DNA of 46,070 bases from Chiloscyllium plagiosum. Taxonomy: Eukaryota. The stretch spans positions 5,437,435-5,483,504 of the forward strand of contig NC_057753.1 of NCBI RefSeq assembly GCF_004010195.1, given 5' to 3'. Below, piece after piece: positions 1-12,015 of this stretch. A program made the position numbers and the translations under genes. How positions within the stretch are numbered: the stretch's first letter is position 1; each line of letters begins with the position of its first letter. The notes under the pieces were generated by a model. The model was not told where the DNA came from and searched no databases. It was given only the letters and a program-made list of their open reading frames with translations.

Positions 1-16
1 AGAGTTTGAACCACAG

Positions 17-796
17 TCATTTGTGAACTCGTTGATGTTTTAGCAGTTGGGATGAATCAATGAATCCCTTCCCACACTCCGAGCAGACAAAAGGCCTCTC
101 CCCAGTGTGAACTCGCTGGTGTCTTAACAGTTGGCACGAATCAGTGAATCCCTTCCCACATGCAGCGCAGGTGAATGGCCTCTCCCCCGTGTGAATGCGC
201 TGGTGTACAGTGAGGCTGCCCGAATGCCTGAAGCTTTTACCACAGTCAGTGCAGCTGAATGGTTTCTCCTCAGTGTGCACTCGCTGGTGCTTCAGCAGAG
301 TGGATGAAAGCCTGAAGCTCATTCCACAGGAGGTACAGCTGAATGGCTTCTCCTCAGTGTGAACTCGCTGGTGTGACACCAAGTTGGATGAATTAATGAA
401 TCCTTTCCCACACACGGAGCAGGTGAATGGCCTCTCCCCGGTGTGCACTCGCCGGTGTAATGCCAGGTTGTATGACTGCGTGAATCTCTTCCCGCACAAA
501 GAGCAGCTGTACGGCTTCTCTCCAGTGTGGACCCGCTGGTGCAACGCCAGGTTGGAGGACTGAGAGAATTCCTTCCCACACACTGAGCAGGTGAACGGCC
601 TCTCCCCGGTGTGAGTGCGTCGATGAGTTTCCAACTTTGACGGACATGTGAATCCCTTTCCGCAGTCTGCACACTTCCACGGTTTCTCTGCGGCATCGCT
701 GTCCTCTTGCCCCTCCAGGGTGATGAAAGTTGAAGTCCCGTACACACTCAAAACAAGTGTACGGTTGCAAACTGTGCACAACTTTTTGCTGTCCAT
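17..796 (-). CDS. C2H2 zinc-finger protein, 8 tandem fingers, no effector domain seen (ZNF gene 1)
   Basis: ORF with 8 CxxC-x12-HxxxH repeats joined by TGE(R/K)P/TEEKP linkers, ending HQRVHK*. First in-frame ATG is at 796; the ORF track starts at a GTG at 820. The family start MEKPW reads AEKPW here. Confidence 0.9.
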   Translation of the reverse strand: MDSKKLCTVCNRTLVLSVYGTSTFITLEGQEDSDAAEKPWKCADCGKGFTCPSKLETHRRTHTGERPFTCSVCGKEFSQSSNLALHQRVHTGEKPYSCSLCGKRFTQSYNLALHRRVHTGERPFTCSVCGKGFINSSNLVSHQRVHTEEKPFSCTSCGMSFRLSSTLLKHQRVHTEEKPFSCTDCGKSFRHSGSLTVHQRIHTGERPFTCAACGKGFTDSCQLLRHQRVHTGERPFVCSECGKGFIDSSQLLKHQRVHK

Positions 797-1028
797 GAAA
801 CTAGTTAAAGCTTTTTCCACAGTCAGGTCACTAGAACACTCTCACTCAGATGCGTGCCTTTGAGCTTTTTCAGTTAAATATATGTTTGAAATCTCACCCC
901 TCAGGCAGAACGGAGAATCATTTCTCTTTGCACATTCAGAAGGTCCTGATGAATTGGGTGACTCTGTCAGGTGCTGATGTGATGTTCATTTTGACTTGTC
1001 CTCTGTAAATTCTCTCCTCTAATCCCCC

Positions 1029-1165
1029 CTGTAAAAAGAGTGAACAAAAATCACTTAAACTACAGGATAAAAATTCAGAACAGGCAATTCCAGTGTCTGT
1101 GGAATACTTTCCTCTCTTGTTGCTCCAAAAGCTGTAAAATCCTATCCTACACACTCTCGTTCTCC
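1029..1165 (-). other. 3' end of last intron and splice acceptor of ZNF gene 1 (exon starts at about 1028)
   Basis: Minus strand reads TTTTTGTTCACTCTTTTTACAG|GGGGGATT; the region is homologous to 17967-18165 upstream of gene 2. Confidence 0.7.
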
Positions 1166-1739
1166 TGGACTGGAATATCAATAAAGTGTGGGACAATTGT
1201 CTCTTATTCTCACGAATCAACTGTCACAGATGCATATATCTGTGTATTGGTAAGGGCAACTACTGTACAGTTCTTGCAATGCACCAAGTTATGTCTTCAC
1301 ATTGAGCATAGCCTCCCATCATATTGGTAGAGAATAGCACCTTGCTCTTTATTCTGTCATAGGTTGTGGGTGTGGCTGGCAAGGTCCAAAAATGTTACCC
1401 ATTGCTAATTGCTAAGTGGCTTGCTCAGCCCTTTCAGATTGCAGTTTAGAGTTGCTATAGATCTGTGGTCACATGTCGGCTAGACCAGGAGGAACGGCAG
1501 ATTTCCTTCCTTACAAGTTATTTGTTAACGAGGTGCGCTTTCTACAACAATCAATGATAGTTTCATGAGCACCAATACTGCAATTAATTTTCAATTCCAG
1601 CTTTATTAACTGAGTTGGAATTCCATCGGTTGCTGTGGTGTTTTGAATCCATATCCACAGACCATTAGACTGGGCCTCTTTATTACTACTTACAGCTACA
1701 CCAGTGAGAGAGCCAGGAGAACTCTACTCAACCAAAATC

Positions 1740-2200
1740 TGTAACCTCAGGGCATGCAATGAGGTGTTAACCTGGTGAGGCAACAACCAAGACTATTTGA
1801 ATGCAAAACAGTGGAAGTAGTAAGTGATTGAGCGAGCTGATCCCACAACATTTACATCAGGCTGACACTCCACAGTCCTGCTGCATCCAGTCATGAATGG
1901 TGGTGGACAATTAAACAACTCACTGGAGCAGGGCCCCCACAAATATTCCCATGCTCAATGATGAAGGAGCTCGGCACATCACTGCAAATGGCAAAGCTGA
2001 AGTTTTTCTTTCATCTTCAGTCAGATGTGTTGAGTACATGATCCATCACAGCCTCCGCCTGAGGTCCCCAGCATTACAGATGCCAGTCTTTCGACAGTTC
2101 AGTTCACTCTATGTGATGTTGAGAAACAGCTGAAAATAATGGATACCATAAACTCTATGGGCCCTGACAACATTTCAGTGATAGGACTGAAGATGTCCTC
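1740..2200 (+). mobile_element. Degraded non-LTR retrotransposon fragment
   Basis: Peptide LNDEGARHITANGKAEVF followed by GPDNIS-like sequence resembles the LINE ORF2 linker upstream of RT. Confidence 0.5.
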
Positions 2201-3000
2201 CTGAACCCAAAAATGACTTCCTACTCTCACGATTTCTCATTTCTAACCAAACTCTTTCTACATTTTGGCTTCCTGGGGTTAGGGTCATCACTTACTCTGT
2301 GCCAACACCAACATTAACTTAAACCCCTTCCCAAACCTTTTCCTGGATTTCTAGATACCATGCACCCTTTAAGATTTGGGGCACAGTCCATGTCATTTTG
2401 CAGCCATACCTCTGTAATGGCTACCAGATCATATTTACTCATTTCTGTTTGGGCTTTCAGCTCATCTGTTTTGTTTTGAATACTATGTGTATTCAAAGAG
2501 CATATTTAATTTTATCTTTTTAGTTCCTTTGTAAATTCTAGTCTTTATTTGTTGTTTCTTAGATTTTCACTTGATCATGGTATCTTTTGAATACAATGTA
2601 TATTCAAATAGTGTATTTAATTTTATCTTTTTAGTTCCTTTGTAAATTCTAGTCTTTATTTGTTGTTTCTTAGATTTTCACTCAATCACGGTCTCTTTGC
2701 TGTATTATTACTTTCCTCATTGGCCTTGACTCTATTCTTTAATTTATTGCACCTTCCCAAATTTGATCCTTTGCCCACATTATTAAAATCCTTACCACTT
2801 CCCTGGTTAAGAGGAGTCAGCAAGAACACTGGTCCCAACATAGTTCAGGTGGTGACAATCCCACTGGTACAGATCCCGCCTTGCCCTGTACTGGTGCCGA
2901 TGCCCCATGAACCAGGACCAACTACTCCCACACCAGTCCTTCAGCCACGAATTCATTTCTCTAACGTAATTTTCTCCATGCCGATTTTTATACGGGCCAG
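2200..3000 (-). mobile_element. CR1-type LINE 5' fragment (ORF1 esterase-like C-terminus plus APE endonuclease N-terminus)
   Basis: KTDELKAQ..YDLVAITEVWLQ (APE motif) and EMNSWLKDWC..FMGH..RRDLYQWDCHHLNYVGTSVLA (CR1 ORF1 SGNH-like). Confidence 0.75.
2474..2698. repeat. Tandem duplication, 2 x ~111 bp
   Basis: TTTTGAATAC...AGTTCCTTTGTAAATTCTAGTCTTTATTTGTTGTTTCTTAGATTTTCACT starts at 2474 and again at 2585. Confidence 0.9.
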
Positions 3001-3120
3001 ATAATGCAGAGATATATGCTTCTAAATGTGGCACCTGGCTTCTCTTAATGACTATGAAGAATATCCGTCTTTGTCCTGATGACCTGACCATCCTCCTCCA
3101 CTAGAAATTCCTGTACCATA

Positions 3121-3450
3121 GTATCAGAGTCATAGAGATGTACAGCATGGAAACAGACCCTTTGGTTCAACTTGTCTCTGCTGACCAAATATCCCAACCC
3201 AATCTTGTCCCACTTGCCAGCACCCGCCCCATATCCCTCTAAACCCTTCCTATTCATATACCCATTCAGATGCCTTGTAATGTTGCAATTGTACCAGCCT
3301 CCAACACTTCCTCTGGCAGCTCATACCAACCTCTGCGTGAAAAAGTTGCCCCTTAGGTCTCTTTTATACCTTTCCCCTCTCACACTAAACCTATGCCCTC
3401 TAGTTCTGGACTCCCCCATCCCAGGGAAAAGACCTTGTCTATTTATCCAT
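3121..3450 (-). mobile_element. CR1/HER1-like LINE 3' end
   Basis: Same 3' tail (GAGTCATAGAGATGTACAGCATGGAAACAGACCC) as copies at 27598, 32010 and 45158. Confidence 0.85.
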
Positions 3451-4369
3451 GATCATGATCAGTTAGCTCATCAACCCTGCAGCCTCACACTCATCCTGAC
3501 AGAAATCAGAATTGTTATGGTGCAGGAAGAGGTTATATGGCCCCTTTGGAGGTAAAAAAAACCCTCGAACCTGTTGGGAAATGACAAATGGATGAGAATC
3601 CTGCCTTCTGGACCCCATTACTTGTCTCAACCCTCAGTCATGCACCCTTTTTTTGGCTATTGTCAAATTCAGGTGACCTAATCAAAGGTGTGACAGCCTC
3701 CTGCTACAAAGAATCTAGGGAACTTTTCTCCTCCCTGATCAATTACAGGGTCTGTAGTTCACCCTCCAGCTCATAAACCTTCAGCCAAAGCTGCTGAATC
3801 TCAAATAATTATTATAGATTTTTTGCTCTGGACCAAACTGGCATCCAAGAGCTCTGACATGCTGCTCCTGTGATATTTCACCTAAAAGAAAAATACCACT
3901 GAAAATCTAAAATAAAAACAGAACGCTGGAGAAACTCAGCGGATCTGTCAACATCTGCGTAAAGAGAAACAGAGGTAACGTTTCAAGTCTGACATTTCTT
4001 CAGCACAATCATATTGGACTCAAAGCATTAACCTATTTCTTGCTTTGCAGATGCTGTCAGACTTGCTGAGTTGCTCCAGCACTTTCTGTTGTCATTTGTG
4101 TCCCCTTGGAATCTCAATGTGGTCGAAGGAACAATTTGATTATTTTAGTCGATTTTTAAAATATTTTATTCAACTTACCCTCCCATGCGATGTTGAACCT
4201 TAGGAACAGAACAGACCTCATAGCAGACATTCACCAAATAATCAGGTTCTTCTGCAAAAAAAAAGGGAGGCCAGCCCATTTACCCACGTCCTGGGAAAGA
4301 TCAAATCAATAGAAAATTTGTGCAACTGGGCATAACCATACGTCACTGTGTGGAGCAGGCCCGCAGCTG

Positions 4370-4845
4370 CAAGTGGGCGGGACTGGCCCGGATATTCCCC
4401 TCTCATTGGCTTCCTCGTCCAGTAAGACAGTGCCCCTGAAAAATATGGCGACCTGTCGTGCGAACAGCGAATACATCCCACCATCTGCTGCCCCTGAAAA
4501 TGATGGGCGCCGCGCACGCGCCGTTCGCAAAAACGATCGCCTTTCAAAGATGGCCGCCGTCAACCCGGGGCCTCGAAGAGATGTCGCCGCAGTCGCCCGG
4601 CAGAACACAAAAGGAGCTTCGCTCGATGACGATTCGGGGTTTGAGTCATACGCCAACCGGTAATAAAACCGTTTCAAATGACCTACCTGGCTGGGTCCGG
4701 CCTTCCCCCGACTCACCGTCAGTTTCCCTCACCCGTTGCGATCGGCAGCGCGACTGCCCGAGTTCGCCTTGCGTCGCCCGAAATGCGCATGCGTCAGCGC
4801 CCCGGTGATTGGCAGTAGCGCTGGACCAATAGGAAGAGAGTGGGA
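4370..4845 (-). promoter_or_regulatory. CpG-island promoter/first exon of ZNF gene 1
   Basis: CpG-rich; CCAAT boxes at 4808-4812 and 4826-4830; NRF1-type TGCGCATGCG at 4784-4793; minus-strand donors GTGAGG (4732), GTGAGT (4716) and GTAGGT (4686); YY1-type AAGATGGCCGCC near 4547; GC box near 4375. Confidence 0.7.
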
Positions 4846-4944
4846 CCATCACAACATTTGAAAGGTGTTTCGATGAACACTTGGAAGTGCCATAGCTCAA
4901 GTTCTGAAAAATAGGAATTGAATCGATACATGATTGGGGACAGA

Positions 4945-6309
4945 ACTTTCCAACACGCACTAAGACATGGCTTGGCTGGTGGGGAGAAGGGCTCTGCCTG
5001 GGAGATCCTTTATGCACGCCCGGACTTTCTGCTGCACCGCACGCTGCCCTTGAAGCAGCTGGGGGGGGTGGAGACGAGACTGTCACACAACTCCTTCTGG
5101 AATGTGCTTGTGCAGAAGAAATCTAGAGAGGAATGGAGTGGTGTTTGTCAAGGTTCGTCCCGTGTCACACACCTCCTTCTGGAATGTGCCTATGCAGAGG
5201 AAGTCTGGAGAGGAATGCAGTGGTATTTGTCGAGGTTCGTCCCAAGCAGTGCCGTGACACGGGACTCTGTGCTCTATGGCCTGTTCCCTGGGACGCACAC
5301 CGAGATGAACATCAACTGTGCCTGGAGGATCATCAACTCGGTGAAGGATGCTCTCTCGGCGGTCCAAAACCTGTTGATCTTCTAGCTGAAGGAGTTGACC
5401 CCGACTGAGTGTTGCAGACTGGTACATTCCAAGGTCCAGGACTACGTGTTGAGGGACGCGCTGAAGCTTGGGGCAGCTGCCACCAAGGCGCGGAGGGGAA
5501 AGACCACCGTGTAACAATGGCCTGCCTAAAGAAGAACAGGGGGCCCGCGCAGTCATTTGGGCTCTGCTGACGCCTCAGCTAAAAATGTAATCGTACAGAC
5601 CTGTAAATAGGAATGATTACTCTGTTTTCGGTATGCAAACAAATGGCATGTCCAGTTGTACAGATCATCAAAGTATTTTATGAATAAAGTATATTTTTGA
5701 AATAAAAAAAAGTTTCCAACAAGCACCAAGACATGGGGGGAGGGAGACGAGACTGTCACACACCTCCTTCTGGAATGTGCTTATGCAGAAGAAATCTGGA
5801 GAGGAATGGAGTGGTGTTTGTCAAGGTTCGTCCCGTGCAGCACCGTGACATGGGACTCTGTGCTCTGGGAATCTGTTCCTCAGGACGCACATCGAGATGA
5901 ACATCAACTGTGCTTGGAGGATCATCAACTTGGTGAAAGATGCTGTTTGGGCGGTCCAAAACCTGTTGATCTTCCAGCTGAAGGAGTTGAGCCCGAATGA
6001 GTGTTGCAGACTGGCACATTCCAAGGTCCAGGACTACATGTTGAGGGACGTGCTGAAGTTTGGGGCAGCTGCTGCCAAGGCGCAGTGAGGAAAGACCACT
6101 ATGTAACGTCTGCCTGCCAAAGAACAGGGGGCCCACCCAGTCGTTTGGGCTCTGCTGATGCCTCAGCAGAAGAGCTGGATAGTATATTGGAAAAATGAAT
6201 TTCGGTGTCTGTATGTAAAGCAATGTAATGTATGCACAAGAATGGCATGACCAATTGTATAAGAGATCCAAATAATTTTATAAATAAAGTATATTTTTGA
6301 AATAAGAAA
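4945..6309 (+). mobile_element. Tx1/L1-clade LINE 3' fragments, two head-to-tail copies inside one 17-bp TSD
   Basis: zf-RVT-like peptide (E)TVTHLLLECAYAEEVW..FVP..LYGLFPG..WRIINSVKDAL; each copy ends AATAAAGTATATTTTTGAAATAA with an A tail; ACATGATTGGGGACAGA at 4928-4944 and 6310-6326. Confidence 0.85.
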
Positions 6310-6326
6310 ACATGATTGGGGACAGA

Positions 6327-6639
6327 TTAGATTACATTACATTACATTGTGGAAACAGGCCCTTCGGCCCAACAAGTCCACACCGACCCGCCGAAGCGCA
6401 ACCCACCCATACCCCTATATTTACCCTTTACCTAACACTACGGGCAATTTAGCATGGCCAATTCACCTGACCTGCACATCTTTGGACTGTGGGAGGAAAC
6501 CGGAGCACCCGGAGGAAACCCATGCAGACACGGGGAGAACGTGCAAACTCCACACAGTCAGTCGCCTGAGGCGGGAAATGAACCCGGATCTCTGGCGCTG
6601 TGAAGCAGCAGTGCTAACCACTGTGCCACCATGCTGCCC
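6327..6639 (-). mobile_element. tRNA-derived V-SINE (HE1-like), full length
   Basis: A box TGGCACAGTGG, B box GGTTCATTTCC, V-SINE core GTGTGGAGTTTGCACGTTCTCCCCGTGTCTGC..GGGTTTCCTCCGGGTGCTCCGGTTTCCTCCCAC, (ATTAC)n tail. Confidence 0.9.
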
Positions 6640-6699
6640 AGAGAGTTGCAATGGGCCGAGAGCCTCTTTCCATGCTGTGCAACACATGCTATAAATGCC

Positions 6700-7345
6700 C
6701 ACAATTTCCTGAACATAGTGAGGCAGGTTGATAAGGTGGTTAAAAAGAGACATAGGGAACAAGAACAGAGTGGTTGTACTAGGACTGTGTAAGTTACTCA
6801 TTATTCAACAACATGAACATTATGTGCAGTCCTGGTCGACTTGTTACATAAAGGAGGTAATTGCACTAGAGAAGGTGTGGAGAAGTTTTACGAGGGTGTT
6901 GCTCGGATTGCAAAATACAGCCATGACGAAAGATTGAATAAAAGTTGTTCTCCTTGGAACAGAAAACATTGAGGGCAGATTCGATGGAGATATAAAACAT
7001 TGAGAGGGCCCTGGATGGAGTTGATGGATGGAACTTATTTACGTTAGCTGAAAGATCAGTGATGAAAAGGGATAGATTTATGTGAATGGTAGGAAGATTG
7101 GAAGGGAGATAGGAAAAGTGTTTTCACCCAGAGAATGGTGGTAATCTGGAAGTTACTGCCTGAAGGACTAGGAGCAGAAACTCAATTGAAATGTGTCTGG
7201 ATCTGGACCTCAAGTGTCATACCCAGCTGAAATAAGTACTAAGTGCTGAAAAAACAGCTCAGGACATGTGGGTCATTTTATGGCCAGTGCAGTCACATTG
7301 GGCCAAATTACCTTTTTCTGTGCTGTGACCTTTCTATGGTTCTAC
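6700..7345 (+). mobile_element. Old CR1 LINE 3' fragment
   Basis: EHYVQSWSTCYIKEVIALEKVWRSFTRVLLGL matches the CR1 RT C-terminus. Confidence 0.7.
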
Positions 7346-8069
7346 AGCAGCAATACCATTGCTATTTGTGATAAGACCAAGCAAAGTATTTAAAGTTGGA
7401 TGATTGCTTCCCCCAGGAATTCTTTTTGACAATTACAAGAGCTGAAGGGATCTGGAAACCAGCTGCTACCTTGTATGGTCCAGAAAAATTGGGGCTTGAT
7501 TGTGTGTGGTCAAATTTTACACAGTGTACGGTCAATCGGTGGTTTCATCCAAGGTGAAGAATCTTCAACTTCTCCCATTCACTTTATGGGATTCTCAGAT
7601 TGACAGCATCTGCTTTATAAAAGAATTTTAGAATTCTACAGGTACTGATAAGCTGCACCTATACTTACAGATCTACTTATGCTATTCCCTCAGTGTCTCA
7701 CACATGTATACAAACACCCAATCACACAGACAGACATAGATACATATGGAAAGCATGCAAATATTTCTGCTTCTCAACAAACGTAAAAAGAAACAATGCA
7801 CCTAGACATTGATTGTGTCATTTTCTGTTTAATTGGATGGAGAACACTAACCACACAAAATCAAAACAGAAGCCATTTCCAGAAACTAATTTGAAGATAA
7901 GATAAGAAGATATCTTATAACTATGAATAGACTAATGGTCTGAAATAACAGACCATGCAAGTTTTGACACCAGCACAGAGAGTCAGGAGATAAATGCAAT
8001 ATAAGGAATTAATTTCCTCTATCTGAAATAAATGATATCCAGGTACAAACTGAGAAAAGCAACAACATA

Positions 8070-8870
8070 GAGACATAGTCAGAGTCATACATCATGGAAA
8101 CAGACCCTGTGGTCCAACTTGTCCATGCTAATCAGATATCCTAAATTAATCTCGTCCCATTTGCCAGCATTTGGCCAATATCCCTGTAAACTCTTCCTAT
8201 TCATGTACCCATCCAGATGCCTTTTAAATGTTGTAAATGTACTCGTCTTTGGCAGCTCATTCCAAACACGCATCATGGTCTGCGTGAAAAAGTTGACCCT
8301 CGGATCCTTTTTTAAATCTTTCTCCTTTCATCTTATGCCTACGCCTTTTAGTTTTGGACTCCCCTATCTTTTGAAAAAGACCTTGGCTATTTACCCTATC
8401 TTTGTCCCTCATGATTTTACAAATCTCTATAAGGTCACCCCCTCAGCCTATGATGCTCCCAGCCTCTTCAGCATCTCCTTATGACTCAAAAACACCAATG
8501 CCAGTAACATCCTTGTAAAGCTTTTCAGAACCCTTTCAAGTTTAACAACATTTTTCCTTTTGCGGGGAGAGCAGAATTGAGCACAGTATTCTAAAAGTGA
8601 CCTCACCACCGTCCCATACAGCCACAACAAGGCATCCCAAATCCTATATTTAATGTACTTACCAATGAAGGCAAGTGCGTCAAATGCCTTCTTCATCTTC
8701 CTATCTACTTGAGATTCCACTTTCAAGGAAATATGCTGCTGCATCCCTAGGTCACTTCTCAGGGCCCTACCATTAACTGTATGAGTCCTGCTCTGGCTAC
8801 CAAAATGCAAAACCTCACATTTACCTAAATTAAAAGCCATCTGTTATTCCTCAGCTCATTAACTCATCTG
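8070..8870 (-). mobile_element. CR1 LINE 3' fragment
   Basis: FNLGKCEVLHFG..DLGMQ..LEYCAQFCSP..KLERVLKSFTRML; RVWNELP. Confidence 0.9.
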
Positions 8871-10730
8871 AAAACTCATGAAAGAGACTGCATTATTTAC
8901 AAGATGTATTTATCAGTGTATTCCATTTAATTAACAAACAAAAGAATGTGTTGCCGTGTTATTGACATGTTCTCAAGACATCACTAGAATTAAAATGTTT
9001 ACTCTATTTTACTAACCGACCTGTTGAAATGGTATTACCCACCTCAGAATCAAGTGGGACTTGAACCCAAGCCACCTGGTCCGGGGCGGGGACATTATCA
9101 TTGCACCAGAAGAAGCCTTATTTAAAAAGAAAAATGTTTAATACACACACTCCCAAGGCTTTTAAGCTGGTTGTGCACTCAATCAGTGTAACCAGGCCAG
9201 AATGATGTGGTCACAACTTTTCTGATGAGGCTTCCTGTGAGCAATTCTTAATCTGATGATCTCCAAACATAATTGAATCCAGAGACCTATGTACCACCTG
9301 CCCCAGAGGTGTGTAATAACATCTCTGAACAGGTTGATTACTTGGAATCAAAGTTCCCTACCTTCCTGAACAAATGCAAAAGTGTGACCCTTTGAACCAG
9401 TGCTGACATCAGAGCTGAAGTTGATGCCGGTGCTGCTACTGCCTTGAGTCCTGCACAGGGCTCACCAGTGTCGAAATTGTAATGCTCCAGCACCATTTGC
9501 TGGGTCAACACTTGCTGTCATCGCTGATGCTTTCAGTTCCATTGCAGTCGAGTTCCCCAAGGGGGGCAAAAATGTAAGAGAACTGTAGAAAAAAGTAGAA
9601 AGAAAAGGAGAAAAAGAGAAATGGTTGAAGGACAGCAGCAGATGAGCAGGAGCCTGAACACTATAATTCCTGTTGCTGTTGTTTAGGATTAGTTAGCTTT
9701 GAGTTCTACCTGCTCCAAAGGTGTGTAAGAACATATGTGAACAGGATGATTATGAAAATATCTCTTCAAGTGTAGCAGATGTAACTGAATTTTTAATTTA
9801 AACTTCAAATGACATCTCATTGTTTGTTAGTTTCCAATCTTGCTAAAAGGCATCTAAATGCAGATAATTCTGTAACAATGAAATGGACATTTAGCTTTAA
9901 TTAGGACGCATTTTGTAATAATGTTAAATGAATCCCATGATTTCTGTAAAGAAAATTAGCAGTAAATTTCTTTCCAGACTGAATAACTTCTCTCAACTTT
10001 ATATTTCAAGTGTTTAGAGCTGTGATCATCATCATCAAATAGTTTTCCACCAGACATAAATACCCTCTCTGCTGTGTAATCAAGCTGATCTGTCCAACAT
10101 TTAAACAACTGGGTTAATCCCTCCCCATATTTAATCTCAGCCGATCTAAGTTTACCAATATTGTTCAGAGGTGGGATGAATTAACATTTCCAGTCTCAGG
10201 GTTAGTACCGATTTATGGCCTTTTCCTCATGTGAGCATGACAGTGATTCATCGATTTAGTTGATTCTGTGAATATTTCCCAGTCAGAATGGTTAATAAAG
10301 CTGGGGAGTAACGCAAGTGTTCAATGTGAACTCTGACACATTGTAAAAAATGCTAAAAAAGAGATAGCTCATTTTCATGATGCAATTTTTCATGTCCTCT
10401 TTCTTTTAAGTGAAAGGGGTCTGTGAATCGGGCGGACTCCCGGAAGGCTTCATACCACGGGACCCTCGTGTGTCAGTGATCTTTCAGCTCAATATGCTTC
10501 TACTGCAATGAAAGGAAACTACTGCGGGGATGCTGGAAAAGTTAAATAAAAACAGAAGGCACAGGAGAGAGAAACAGGATTAATGTTTTGATTCCAGTAT
10601 GGCACAGTTAAAAATAAGCGAGGAGAACTCATTTCGGCCTCAAACTCCATTTTTATCCCCACAGATGTTGCCAGACCTCTGGCACATTATTTCATTCTTG
10701 CACTATAATAATTTAATAAAGCGGCTTAAG

Positions 10731-11275
10731 CGCTCCCGGTCGAATGTCCTTCTCATCCACAGATATTCTGCAACAAACATTCTCCCATTGCACGGACGTG
10801 TCGATGGCGGTGAGTTTACCCAGTATGCCGAGCGGTTCGGAAGGTCCCCTATCGATGACTGTGGGCACCCAGGGCGCAAGTGCAGAACTCGTCAGCGCAG
10901 TCGGTGTGAGTGACCGTTACCGCAGTTGAAGAGAAGTCGGACGGTCTCAGGGAGTTGGCGAACGGAAGGCGCCGGGGATCGCAAGGTGAGATTGGGAATG
11001 GGGATCGGAAAGATTCAGAAACAGCTCGGCTAGGGCCTGAGACATTCCTTTTCCCCCCGTGACTCCTCAGGCGCAGACCACCATGGGCGGGGAGATGGCC
11101 CGGCGGCCGCCGCCATTTTGGGCGCGTCCAATCTCCCTGATGACGGATGTGCCCGGGCGGGGGCGGGGAGTGTGGGTGGGTTACCCGGGCAACCGGCTGC
11201 CATTTCGCGGGCGGGTTCCCTGGCGGGGCGCGAGGCCTCTGCGCTGGTTGCTCTGGCAACCGGCCGCCATTTTGC
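10731..11275 (+). promoter_or_regulatory. CpG-island promoter/first-exon module (probably ZNF gene 2)
   Basis: RFX X-box-like GTTACCCGGGCAAC at 11180-11193 and GTTGCTCTGGCAAC at 11247-11260; YY1 GCCGCCATTTT near 11109 and 11263; GC boxes; donors GTGAGT (10810, 10906) and GTGAGA (10986). The module resumes at 12017-12050 after an insertion. Confidence 0.65.
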
Positions 11276-11276
11276 G

Positions 11277-12015
11277 GGTCTTCCTCGCCTCCAACCGCAA
11301 CAAGGACAGACCCCCCCTGGTGCTCACCTTCCACCCTACCAACCTTCGCATAAACCAAATCATTTCCGCCACCTCCAAACAGACCCCACCACCAGGGATA
11401 TATTTCCCTCCCCACCCCTCTCCGCCTTCCGCAAAGACCGCTCCCTCCGTGACTACCTGGTCAGGTCCACGCCCCCCTACGACCGCAAAGATAAACACCA
11501 GGCACCTTATCATGTTTCTTTGCAATGAATGGGTAAGGGGTAGCCATCTTGCTGTATGGCACCATGCTACATCAATATCACACCTGCACCATGTGCTAAC
11601 AGCTTATGTGGTAAACACACTGCATGTAATTCAACTAAATGGCCTTAACCACAGTCAGTCGTGGGAGTTTGTGTATTGTATGTTAAGGATGGGGAGGGTT
11701 ATCAGGGGCCATTGATGTGGTGGGAAAGTTGGGTACGTGAAATATGAGATTTGGAGGTAGCTTGTTGTGATGTAGAAGTTACAATTAACTTACAATGGTG
11801 AGAGACAATGGACGTGCGTGGCACAAGGTATGAAAGGATGGGTTCGTGATAATGGATGGTCACCGACCCCACCCCCACCCTCCTCTAGCTTATCTCTCCA
11901 CGCTTCAGGCTCTCTGCCTTTATTCCTGATGAAGGGCTTTTGCCCGAAACGTCGATTTCGGAGCTTTTCGGATGCTGCCTGAATTGCTGTGCTCTTCCAG
12001 CACCACTGATCCAGA
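11277..12015 (+). mobile_element. Penelope-like element derivative inserted in the CpG island
   Basis: RNKDRPPLVLTFHPTNLRINQII / HLQTDPTTRDIFPSPPLSAFRKDRSLRDYLVRS resembles the PLE RT-to-GIY-YIG linker; the 3' repeat carries a hammerhead motif. Confidence 0.7.
11926..11953 (+). ncRNA. Minimal hammerhead ribozyme motif
   Basis: CTGATGA-A-GGGC-TTTT-GCCC-GAAAC-GTC: intact catalytic core, 4-bp stem II and palindromic ACGT mini-stem III. Confidence 0.75.

Noticed and set aside
319..863. Overlapping alternative-frame ORFs on the ZNF exons (also 18591-18803, 19020-19223, 31124-31498)
   Set aside because: Shadow frames of repetitive finger codons with no independent features.
4242..4808. Several 100-140 aa ORFs in CpG islands (also 10849-11715 and 25381-26642)
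   Set aside because: GC-rich or tandem-repeat DNA is poor in stop codons, and the products are low-complexity or run into TE sequence.
6560..6639. tRNA gene
   Set aside because: The A/B boxes are the head of a SINE and continue into the V-core; the same holds at 30540, 37890 and 38080.
9294..9752. Direct repeat CCTGC.CCA.AGGTGTGTAA.AACAT.T.TGAACAGG.TGATTA at about 9296 and 9709
   Set aside because: Most likely two remnants of a retroposon tail; no further structure was supportable.
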